Positions 1 to 8,494 of a DNA stretch of 26,234 nt are shown piece after piece. The notes beneath the pieces were generated by a model. It had not been told where the DNA came from, did no database searches, and saw nothing but the letters and a program-made list of their open reading frames with translations. The DNA lies in NCBI GenBank assembly GCA_020723045.1, contig DYJQ01000001.1, positions 7,987 to 34,220 on the forward strand, read 5' to 3'. The stretch comes from Candidatus Micrarchaeum sp. Its GTDB lineage: Archaea > Micrarchaeota > Micrarchaeia > CAILAH01. The position numbers were made by a program, and so were the translations under genes. How positions within the stretch are numbered: the first letter of the stretch is position 1; each line of letters opens with the position of its first letter.

Positions 1-8
1 TTCCAATA

Positions 9-1166
9 TTATTTAAGTGCAATCTTCAGTTTTTCGAATATCTCTTCGGCACCATACCCCCTGAGCACGGCCTCCTGCACTCCGATTCTTATACCGCTCG
101 GGTTTATCACGCTCTTATCCCAAGGCAGTGAGTTCTTATTCACGATTATACCGCTCCTCTCCAGCTTGTCTGCAACGAGTGCACCGCCACCCATCTCCCT
201 TACATCCAACACTACCTGATGCGTATAGGTATATCTCTTCCCGTCATACCCGCATACACTAAAACCTGCATCTGCCAGCAGTTCGGAGAGCTTTTGTGCG
301 GTCTCCACCACTCGTTTTCCATAATCCGTGTGCTTTGTATCGTACGCAATGGCCGCCGCAAGCAGTGCAGGTATCCTGTGCAGGTGATGGTTGCTCACTA
401 TCCCCGGAAACAGTGCACTCTCAATACCTTTTACGAACGACCTCTCATCCCTGATAAGTATTATACCGCCCTGCGGGCCGGGGAACGTTTTGTGCGTGGA
501 TGCGGTAATAATATCCGCGCCCTCTTGGAACGGCTGTTGGAACTCCCCGCCGTAGATGAGGCCGAACACGTGTGCCGCATCATAGACAATAGTCAGCTCT
601 GGGAATTTTTCCCTTATCTCCCTAACTGGTTCAGGATGAAGGAACATGCTCTTCCCAAGCACGATAAAATCCGGTTGCACTTCTTCGACCAGCCTCACTG
701 CACCGTCCACATCCATCTTGAATGGGTTGTCAGGGTTAGTTGGAAAATTATACACCTCTCTCCCGCATATCCTTGTTATCGTTCCCATTCGGTTATGCGT
801 GATATGGCCTCCTGAAGGAAGCGAGTTTGTAATAACCCTGCCATTGCCTTTCGGCAGGCCGCTGAACACCGCCAGGTTTGCTATTGCCCCGCTTATAGGC
901 TGTACATTTGCAACGGAGCACTTAAACTTGTGTCTAAAGTATTCCATGCATTTCGATTCGAGCTCATCGATGTACTTTGTTCCGTTGTAATACCTCGCAA
1001 ACGGCTTTCCCTCAGCATACCTGTGCATGAAATCGTTGCAGTAAAATTCTTCACTGACCTCTGGGAACATCACGTTTTCCGAAGCGATCAGGTTTAGCGT
1101 GCTCCCCCTCCACGCATTGTTCTTCGCGACAACCGACCTTACATATTCCAAGTCAATATTGTCCAT
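9..1166 (-). CDS. glyA: Serine hydroxymethyltransferase (archaeal type), short C-terminus
   Basis: NLIASEN, RYAEG..RYY.G, GGHITH, YDAAH, STHKTFPGPQGG (PLP lysine), SNHHLH, NKN..P.D, SGIRIG. GGAGGT SD upstream. TAA at 9-11, so the gene is complete. Confidence 0.97.
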   Translation of the reverse strand: MDNIDLEYVRSVVAKNNAWRGSTLNLIASENVMFPEVSEEFYCNDFMHRYAEGKPFARYYNGTKYIDELESKCMEYFRHKFKCSVANVQPISGAIANLAVFSGLPKGNGRVITNSLPSGGHITHNRMGTITRICGREVYNFPTNPDNPFKMDVDGAVRLVEEVQPDFIVLGKSMFLHPEPVREIREKFPELTIVYDAAHVFGLIYGGEFQQPFQEGADIITASTHKTFPGPQGGIILIRDERSFVKGIESALFPGIVSNHHLHRIPALLAAAIAYDTKHTDYGKRVVETAQKLSELLADAGFSVCGYDGKRYTYTHQVVLDVREMGGGALVADKLERSGIIVNKNSLPWDKSVINPSGIRIGVQEAVLRGYGAEEIFEKLKIALK

Positions 1167-1204
1167 AAACTTAACCTCCCATGAATGCTTGAATGGATTT
1201 TTCT

Positions 1205-2650
1205 CTAACCTCTTCTCCAGAGACTTATGCCCCCTATATCTTCCACCACAATACTTGCGTTCTTAAGTGCCTCCCTTATGGCATCCGCATCCCCATATTT
1301 TTTCTCCTTCCTCATCCTCTCGCGCAACGAGAGCAATGACTCAACTATTGCGTAGAGATCCGCGCCAGCACCAACAGAATACTTTTTGCACACATCATCA
1401 AGGGCTTTTACATACCCGTCATCTTTCTTCAATTGCATCTCTATCCCCATCACCCCGCACAACGTGAGCAGCTCCTCCACAGCCATTTTTATACTATCTC
1501 CATTAGTTCTCTCGTCCTCAAGCCGCTTATTGAGCTCATGCACGAGCTCGTTGACTGCCACAAGCGCGGCAGGTGTATCAAAATCATCATCCATCGCGTT
1601 GTAGAACGCCACCTTAGTCTTCTCTACCGCTTCTTCAATACTATTATCCGTTCCCTTATACCTTTTCATCGCGACACGCGCAAATTCTATGCAGTTGTAC
1701 ACTTTCTCCACGTGCCTCTTTATCTCATCCAAGTAGTCATAATTAAAGTCTATCGGGCTTCTGTAATGCCTCGTGAGCAGGTACCATCTTATTACGTTTG
1801 GCTCATACCTTGCGAGAATATCTTTTACAGTGATGAAGTTGCCAAGGCTCTTACTCATTTTCTCTCCGTTGATGGTGAGAAAGCCAGTGTGCATCCAGTA
1901 GTTTACGAATCGTTTTCCAGTAGCCGCCTCACTCTGCGCAACCTCATTCTCATGATGGGGGAATATAAGGTCTATACCGCCACCGTGGATGTCTATCGTC
2001 TCACCGAGGTATTTTGTTGATATGGCCGAGCACTCAATGTGCCACCCCGGCCTTCCCCGCCCCCATGGCGAATCAAACACCACCTCATTCTCCTTGCTCT
2101 CCTTCCATAACGCGAAATCCAGAGGGTTATGCTTCTTCTCTCCGGGCTCTACACGCGCGCCGCTCATGAGTGCGTCAATCTTCTGTTTTGAAAGTGTGCC
2201 ATAACCGCTGAATCTCATGACTGAGAAATATACATCGCCGGATGATTCATAAGCATATCCATTTGCGATTATTCTCTTGATCAGGCTTATGATTACTGGC
2301 ACGTTTTCCGAGACCCTCTCCAGCAGTGTGGGCCGCCGTATGTTGAGCGCATCCATCTCCCTAAGCGCCTCATCCATATTCTTTTTGGTGAGCTCGAGAG
2401 GATGGATTTTCATCTCAGCCGCTCTCTTGAACACCTTATCCTCAACATCTGTTACATTCTGTACATAGAATACTTCATACCCTTTATGCTCAAGATACCT
2501 GCGCACAACATCGAAAAACACATACGTCCTGAGATGGCCGACATGCATACGGTCGTAAGGCGTAAGCCCACACACGTACATGTGGACCTTCCCTTCATTA
2601 ACCGGTACAAATTCCTTGATGCGGCCGTCGTAAGAATCATAGATTTTCAT
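1205..2650 (-). CDS. cysS: Cysteine--tRNA ligase
   Basis: YVCG..PYD..HVGH (HIGH), DFALWK, GRPGWHIECS, DIHGGG.DL.FPHHENE (Zn ligands), KMSKSLGN, AMDDDFDT, C-terminal ADAIR..L. Confidence 0.98.
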   Translation of the reverse strand: MKIYDSYDGRIKEFVPVNEGKVHMYVCGLTPYDRMHVGHLRTYVFFDVVRRYLEHKGYEVFYVQNVTDVEDKVFKRAAEMKIHPLELTKKNMDEALREMDALNIRRPTLLERVSENVPVIISLIKRIIANGYAYESSGDVYFSVMRFSGYGTLSKQKIDALMSGARVEPGEKKHNPLDFALWKESKENEVVFDSPWGRGRPGWHIECSAISTKYLGETIDIHGGGIDLIFPHHENEVAQSEAATGKRFVNYWMHTGFLTINGEKMSKSLGNFITVKDILARYEPNVIRWYLLTRHYRSPIDFNYDYLDEIKRHVEKVYNCIEFARVAMKRYKGTDNSIEEAVEKTKVAFYNAMDDDFDTPAALVAVNELVHELNKRLEDERTNGDSIKMAVEELLTLCGVMGIEMQLKKDDGYVKALDDVCKKYSVGAGADLYAIVESLLSLRERMRKEKKYGDADAIREALKNASIVVEDIGGISLWRRG

Positions 2651-2723
2651 TGTACTACCTGTGGCCTAATTTAATCCACTCTTTTATTTATATATTTGCG
2701 ATTGCAGTTTTGCAAGATTAGCA

Positions 2724-3623
2724 TCAGTTTGCCTTCTCACTCTCATTCATTACTTCCGTGCTTTTACCGGCCCTGCTCTTAACAATCATGTTTAGCAGTG
2801 AGCTCACGCCAGCGAGCGTGTACCCCAACGACATGAACACTGAAACAAGCGCAAGGACGAGTGCATACATCCTGCTCCCATACCTTTTGGCAATCTCTTT
2901 CATCTTCCTTATTACCGAGCGCTTGTCCCGGAGGTTGCCCTCGCGCAGGTTCATCACCTCTTCAATAGTAAGGCTCTCTCCGAGGCTGTTGAGCGCTTCA
3001 ATCACAGAATAAAGAACACCAAGGTCCTTCTCTTCCATCAGCATCCTCTTGAGCTTCTGCCTCCCCTTCTCAAACCCCCTCTGCCCTACAATCCGCGCGA
3101 TCCTGGACCGCACAGAGACATCCTTGCTATCAAGCAGTTTTATGATACGCTCCTCATGCACCGCGGAGCAGTTAGCAAGCGCGTTGAGCGCCAGCAGTCT
3201 TTTTTCTGTTGATATCGTAGTATCATCAACGGCCTGCACGAGCTCGCTGATCGTAGTATCCGTCCTGAGAAATGCGAATATGCCCACCAGCTGCGACCTT
3301 GTCCACGAATCCCCACGGCGGAACGCATCTTTCATTACAGTTATGCCATCCTCACCCATCAACTGTATCGCCAGTAGCGCCTCCATCTTTAGCGTTTGGT
3401 TGCCTTTTGATATGAGGAGTGTTCTAAACACTTCTTTGCCGTGTTCAGCACGTATAAGCTCCAGCCACATATCCCCCCGCTGTTCATTGCTTGCGCCCTT
3501 CAGTGTGTTTATGATATCGTGTGCATTGCACTTTCTTGTGAGCCCATCTGATGTAAACTCCCGATAATTATGATGACTGCTAGTTGCAACGTGCTCTGCG
3601 CCCCGCCTTAATTCGTTGTGCAT
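2724..3623 (-). CDS. HEAT/PBS-lyase-like repeat protein with predicted C-terminal transmembrane helix
   Basis: Repeated helical units (RLLALNALA, KLLDSKDVSVRSRIARIVG, VLYSVIEALNSLG). Hydrophobic stretch MYALVLALVSVFMSLGYTLAGVSSLL near the C-terminus. ATG 3623 preferred (purine-rich SD); the track's TTG 3671 is the alternative. Confidence 0.7.
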   Translation of the reverse strand: MHNELRRGAEHVATSSHHNYREFTSDGLTRKCNAHDIINTLKGASNEQRGDMWLELIRAEHGKEVFRTLLISKGNQTLKMEALLAIQLMGEDGITVMKDAFRRGDSWTRSQLVGIFAFLRTDTTISELVQAVDDTTISTEKRLLALNALANCSAVHEERIIKLLDSKDVSVRSRIARIVGQRGFEKGRQKLKRMLMEEKDLGVLYSVIEALNSLGESLTIEEVMNLREGNLRDKRSVIRKMKEIAKRYGSRMYALVLALVSVFMSLGYTLAGVSSLLNMIVKSRAGKSTEVMNESEKAN

Positions 3624-3669
3624 CTCCCTTTTACCCCTATCTCCGAGTTTAGAAAATGACTTTTCTGAC

Positions 3670-3695
3670 AAATGTTAAAAATGTTACTAAATGTT
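3670..3695. repeat. Three direct AAATGTT repeats at 9-10 bp spacing in a divergent promoter region
   Basis: AAATGTT at 3670-3676, 3679-3685, 3689-3695; overlaps TATA-like TTTTTAACA on the minus strand. Confidence 0.55.
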
Positions 3696-3754
3696 GACTT
3701 CCAGTAATCCGCCGCATAGCATTTTATTTAATAATTGCTTGGCTAATAACTACC

Positions 3755-5335
3755 ATGCCTTTATCGAATGAGCTGATGTACAGCCTTCATCCGCTAGAAA
3801 GAACGGTCCTCTCCAATATTGGCGATGGTGCAATCAAGGGCATATGCGCCTCATCAGGTCTTGGCGAGGCGGAGGTGCTCACTGGGGCGCATATGCTCCA
3901 GCAGAGGGGCCTGGCAAAGGTTATTCAGGCGGATGAGCTGTACTTTACTCTTACAGACCTTGGCAAGAAATACCTAAAGGAAGGGCTTCCCGAGCAGAGG
4001 ATGCTTGATGAGATTAGGGGCGGGGCGAAAAGGCTCGCTGATATAAAAACAGTTTCAAAGGAGGAGGTCTCTCCGGCACTTGGCTATCTTAAGCGCAACA
4101 ATCTCATTACAATAAAGAAGGAGGTGGATGGCTTACTGCTCGCCGCAACACCAGCAGGCAATGCGGTAATAGGTACAAACCCGTTCTCGTTCCTCTCTGA
4201 TGAAGTGCCTGCTGTGCAACTCACTGCAGAGCAGAGGAGTGCAATTGCATTATTCAAGGAGAGGGGGCTTGTAAAGGAGAGTGTGAGAAAGCGTTATAGG
4301 GTTGAACTCACAAGTGAAGGAAAGGCCGCTGCTGCAGAGCTTGCCGTTAGTAAGATTGAGCTTATTGATGAGCTTACAGAGGATGTGCTCAAGGATAAAT
4401 CTTGGAAAAACAAGGCTTTCAGGCATTATGATGTGGGCATCACCACCCCTATTGGCGAGGTTGGGAGAAGGCACCCCATGGTTGAGTCTAATAACATTCT
4501 TCGTGACATATTCCTAGAAATGGGGTTCCAGGAGATGAGCGGCCCCATAGTAGAGTGTGCATTCTGGGATATGGATGTGATGTGGATACCGCAGGACCAT
4601 CCCGCGCGTGAGGAGCAGGCTACGTTCTATCTTGACGGGCACTCTAAGCTCGATAAGAGGCTTGTTGAAAAAGTGAGAGCGATGCATGAGCATGGGATAA
4701 AGAGGACGCACACTTACAAAGGGGAGTGGTCTGAAGATATCGCTAGCAGGAGGCTGCTAAGGACGCATTCAACCGCAACCACTTTTAGGGTACTCTATCG
4801 CTTGAGTGAGGAGGCGAGAAAGAGCGGGAAGAGCGACATTGATAACGGCAAATACTTCTACGTGGCGCATAATTTCAGGAATGAGAAGGTTGATGCCACG
4901 CATCTTGCAGAGTTCTTCCAAGCGGAGGGGTTCATCATAGGCAATGGCCTGAGTTTAGCCGACCTTATGGGATTCGTCAAGGAGTTCTACGGCAAGCTTG
5001 GGATACACAAGATAATGTTCAAACCCACCTACAACCCATACACAGAGCCGAGTATGGAGGCACATTATTACGATGAGAAGATGGATAAATGGTATGCGCT
5101 CATCAACTCAGGCATATTCAGGCCGGAGACGTTGGAACCGCTGGGCATTAAGAAAACGATTATAGCCTGGGGGATGGGCGCATCGAGGATGGCCGCACTG
5201 CTCACGGGCAAGATGAGCATGCGTGAGATTACAGGTGCAACGTGCGATTTTGAATGGCTTAAGAGGAGGCCCAACCTTATCAGGAGCATTGCGAGTAGGG
5301 AGAAAGAACCTGCGCATGCAGGTGTTAAGGGATGA
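3755..5335 (+). CDS. pheS: Phenylalanine--tRNA ligase alpha subunit (long archaeal/eukaryotic type)
   Basis: N-terminal DNA-binding-like domains, GRRHP, FWDMD..WIPQDHPAR, LLRTHST, FRNE..DATH..EF.Q.EG, YNPYTEPS, NSGIFRPE, AWGMG..R. Confidence 0.97.
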   Translation: MPLSNELMYSLHPLERTVLSNIGDGAIKGICASSGLGEAEVLTGAHMLQQRGLAKVIQADELYFTLTDLGKKYLKEGLPEQRMLDEIRGGAKRLADIKTVSKEEVSPALGYLKRNNLITIKKEVDGLLLAATPAGNAVIGTNPFSFLSDEVPAVQLTAEQRSAIALFKERGLVKESVRKRYRVELTSEGKAAAAELAVSKIELIDELTEDVLKDKSWKNKAFRHYDVGITTPIGEVGRRHPMVESNNILRDIFLEMGFQEMSGPIVECAFWDMDVMWIPQDHPAREEQATFYLDGHSKLDKRLVEKVRAMHEHGIKRTHTYKGEWSEDIASRRLLRTHSTATTFRVLYRLSEEARKSGKSDIDNGKYFYVAHNFRNEKVDATHLAEFFQAEGFIIGNGLSLADLMGFVKEFYGKLGIHKIMFKPTYNPYTEPSMEAHYYDEKMDKWYALINSGIFRPETLEPLGIKKTIIAWGMGASRMAALLTGKMSMREITGATCDFEWLKRRPNLIRSIASREKEPAHAGVKG

Positions 5336-5339
5336 TTCT

Positions 5340-7028
5340 ATGGTTTATGTCTATGTACGGCACTCAAAGCTCAATAGGGGGATAGGGAGAGAGCTTTCAT
5401 TAGAACAGGTTAAGAATGCCATACTTGAGTTGGGGATGGATATAAAGGGCCAGACGGATGATGCAGACCCTGAGCTCAAGGTTGAGCTTACTGCTGAAAA
5501 GGTAGATTTCGTATCAAGTGTTGGGATCGCACGCGCTATTAAGTATTACTTAGGCTATGAAAGCGCGGTCCCACGCTACAAAATCAACAAGTCTGGTATG
5601 AGTGTGGCTGTGGAGAGGCCTGTGGCCGGCATACGGCCGAGGATTGCCGCGGCCATAATACGCGGGATGAGGATTGATGATGAAATACTCAAGGAGATAA
5701 TAGAGTTGCAGGAGAAGATACACGATTCATTCGGCCGTGACAGGAAGAAGGCGGCAATCGGTATCTACCCGCTCGGAAAAATCAAGTTTCCACTCAAATA
5801 TACTGCAGAGCCACCTGAGAAAATCGTGTTCAAGCCGCTTGAGTACACATTTGAGATGAATGGAAAAGAGATACTTGAGAGGCACGAGACTGGAAAGAGG
5901 TATGCGCATCTGCTCACCGGTTTTGATAAGTATCCTGTCTTGCGTGATGCGGATGGCAACATACTGAGCATGCCGCCCATTATAAATTCAGAGGATGTTG
6001 GGAAGGTTAGTGTTGGGGATACCGACCTGTTCATAGAGTGCACGGGCTATAACCTCACCCATCTGGACAGCATAATGAAAGTCCTTATCACAACACTCAT
6101 TGAGCTCGGGGGGAGTGCTGAGTCGGTGAAGGTTGATTATTTTGATGGCGAGAATTATGAGCTATCACTGGATAATTACTATGATGAGATTGATGCAGAG
6201 TTCATAAATAAGCTGATTGGCATTGCGCTTAAACCACAGGAGATGATTCCGCTTTTCAACAAGATGATGTATGGCGTGAAGGGCGCTAAGGGTACAAAAC
6301 TGCTGGTGGAAATCCCATGTTTCAGGAGTGATGTGTGGCATGATGTCGACATTGCTGATGATGTTGCGAGGGCATACGGATACAATAACATAAAGCCTAC
6401 ATTCCCGCAGATTGCATCCACTGCAAGCCAGTTAGAGTTCACGCTTTTCCGCGAGAGGGTTTCGCAATCGATGGTCTCGCTCGGCTTTCTCGAACTTTAC
6501 ACTTATATGCTCACCTCTACTGAAACGCAGTTCGATAAAATGTCTCTTAAAGCAAAGGATGGGGAGTATGTGCGTCTGTTCGATAGTGCGGATGTGGGCA
6601 CGAATATGGTGCGCACGATGATCCTTCCAGAGCACTTGGTTGCGCTCAACATCAACAGGAAGAACAAGTACCCGCAGAGGATATTTGAGAATGGGTTTGC
6701 CGTGAATACAGTTGGGAAGGATGCCGACCCAGTAGATTATGCATGTCTGAGTGCTTCAATCGCTGGCGGCAAGGCCAATTATACAAAAATAAAAGGCGTG
6801 CTTGATGCAGTAATGTCCATGAATAGCATTCCATTTGAGGTTAAGGAAGCCTCCCATCCATTTCTTATTGAGGGCAGGCAGGCAGACGTCTACGTCTCAG
6901 GAAAGAATGTGGGGTTCATTGGCGAACTCCACCCACAGGTGATTGAGAATTTCGGCCTGCTCGTGCCCGTTTCATGTCTTGAGGTCAACTTGAGTAAAAT
7001 CTTTGATATCTTAAATGTTGATAAATGA
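5340..7028 (+). CDS. pheT: Phenylalanine--tRNA ligase beta subunit (archaeal type)
   Basis: B3/4 motifs (LQEKIH...GRDRKK.AIG, LSMPPIINS), R.DV.H.VDIADDVARAYGY, HP..IEGRQA, GFIGELHP. ATG 5340, 4 bp after the pheS stop, gives the typical N-terminus; the track's start at 5223 is too long. Confidence 0.96.
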   Translation: MVYVYVRHSKLNRGIGRELSLEQVKNAILELGMDIKGQTDDADPELKVELTAEKVDFVSSVGIARAIKYYLGYESAVPRYKINKSGMSVAVERPVAGIRPRIAAAIIRGMRIDDEILKEIIELQEKIHDSFGRDRKKAAIGIYPLGKIKFPLKYTAEPPEKIVFKPLEYTFEMNGKEILERHETGKRYAHLLTGFDKYPVLRDADGNILSMPPIINSEDVGKVSVGDTDLFIECTGYNLTHLDSIMKVLITTLIELGGSAESVKVDYFDGENYELSLDNYYDEIDAEFINKLIGIALKPQEMIPLFNKMMYGVKGAKGTKLLVEIPCFRSDVWHDVDIADDVARAYGYNNIKPTFPQIASTASQLEFTLFRERVSQSMVSLGFLELYTYMLTSTETQFDKMSLKAKDGEYVRLFDSADVGTNMVRTMILPEHLVALNINRKNKYPQRIFENGFAVNTVGKDADPVDYACLSASIAGGKANYTKIKGVLDAVMSMNSIPFEVKEASHPFLIEGRQADVYVSGKNVGFIGELHPQVIENFGLLVPVSCLEVNLSKIFDILNVDK

Positions 7029-7036
7029 GTGATTTC

Positions 7037-7828
7037 TTACTCTTTAGGCCTCTTATACTTGAGTAGGAGGTATGACACTAACAGCACGAGCGTCATCACA
7101 AGAAAGTATACACCATCCTGCGAATTTATGAATCCGTACATCTTATCCTTGAGTGTCCTAAAATACTCTACAACTTCATCCTTAAGCGTCTCCTCGTACA
7201 TATACACAAATCTAAAGTCCTGCAGTATAGTTTTTCCCTTCCAGAAAAACTCATGCGCGTCTTTTGTGAGCATCTCGATGTTCTGTGCCAGCGGGTCAAC
7301 GGAGACAATCTGCACATCATTTGGCAGTACAATATAGAGGTAGTCCGTATCCTCGAGCACGATGTCGTTTCTGGTGTTGTATGTGAAGTAGAGTGCATCC
7401 TCTTTTATGGAATAATGATACGTCCTCGCCTTCACCTGTGTTTTGTTGAACAACCCTGTTGCATCATACTCAATCTGCAGTATTGCAGAATATGATGGAT
7501 TGATTATACTCAGCCTCTTTTTAGGTTGCGGTATCACCCGCAGGTTGGAGATGGGCGCCACGTTTGGGTTTATGTGATACCTTATCTTATCTATTCCCGT
7601 CCGGGCCTTCCAGCTCGTTATGTCGTTCGTGATCTCTATATTGCTATCGTAGAGGATGGCAGAGTTTTCATCATCTATGCGCAGTTCTATCTTCTCTACA
7701 ATGTGTGCATTCCCATCCTTATCCGGGTATATTCTGACATTAGTGTTCTCATAGGAGAATGCCGCCTCCACAAGACCTGCGGAGAACAGCAATGCCATTA
7801 GGCATAGGAATAAAAACAATCGATACAT
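7037..7828 (-). CDS. Secreted/membrane-anchored hypothetical protein (signal peptide, beta-rich domain, C-terminal TM)
   Basis: MYRLFLFLCLMALLFSAGLVEA signal peptide. C-terminal VYFLVMTLVLLVSYLLL followed by KYKRPK. Probable leaderless start about 25 bp from TTTTAAATA. Confidence 0.8.
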   Translation of the reverse strand: MYRLFLFLCLMALLFSAGLVEAAFSYENTNVRIYPDKDGNAHIVEKIELRIDDENSAILYDSNIEITNDITSWKARTGIDKIRYHINPNVAPISNLRVIPQPKKRLSIINPSYSAILQIEYDATGLFNKTQVKARTYHYSIKEDALYFTYNTRNDIVLEDTDYLYIVLPNDVQIVSVDPLAQNIEMLTKDAHEFFWKGKTILQDFRFVYMYEETLKDEVVEYFRTLKDKMYGFINSQDGVYFLVMTLVLLVSYLLLKYKRPKE

Positions 7829-7867
7829 AATATAATTACAGCGAAGAATATTTAAAAGGGGATAACT

Positions 7868-8494
7868 ATGGAGATATTATTTCTGGGCAATGCTGGCCTG
7901 GTAACCGCTTTTAATGATGGGAAGGTTGCTATAGACCCCGTCTCAAAAGAGATGCCAAAGGAGAAGATAATCGAAGAGTGTAAAGGGCTCAAGCTCATCC
8001 TGCTCACGCACGAGCACAAAGAGCACTTCGACCGCGACCTCGTGGAAGCCCTCTTCGCCAAATATAGGCCATATGTGATAGGCCCATCACATGTACTGCT
8101 TCAGTTAGGTGTTGAGTCAACGTATAAGAGCGATGTTGTAGTTGGCGATGTGTTTGAATTGAGCGGGTTTGAAGTGCATGTGATGCGCGCCGCACACCCG
8201 CAGTCCAAATACGCCGTCTCATATCTTCTCAAGAATGGCGCTTCAACGCTTTACTACGCCGGCGATACATACGAAATGGAGGAGATGTACAAGCTGGAGG
8301 CTGATGTAGGTGTAATCCCAATACGCGGGATGGAAACGCTGGGTGCGGCGCAGGCGGCACGGATGGTCCCCAAGATGAAATTCAAGCGTGTGATGCCAGT
8401 CTACTGGGCGGATAGGAAGGACCTGGTTGAGTTCATGATGGTTGCCAAGGAGAAGGCTGTAAGGCCTGATGTTGGCAGGTGGGTGAGAGCTTGA
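7868..8494 (+). CDS. Metallo-beta-lactamase-fold hydrolase (UPF0173/UlaG-like), atypical metal ligands
   Basis: IDP, ILLTHEHKEH, AAHP, LYYAGDT, MPVYW (family PxHY/W). Confidence 0.85.
   Translation: MEILFLGNAGLVTAFNDGKVAIDPVSKEMPKEKIIEECKGLKLILLTHEHKEHFDRDLVEALFAKYRPYVIGPSHVLLQLGVESTYKSDVVVGDVFELSGFEVHVMRAAHPQSKYAVSYLLKNGASTLYYAGDTYEMEEMYKLEADVGVIPIRGMETLGAAQAARMVPKMKFKRVMPVYWADRKDLVEFMMVAKEKAVRPDVGRWVRA

Noticed and set aside
5223-5339. Extended pheT N-terminus from the ORF track
   Set aside because: Overlaps pheS by 113 nt; ATG 5340 gives the family-typical start
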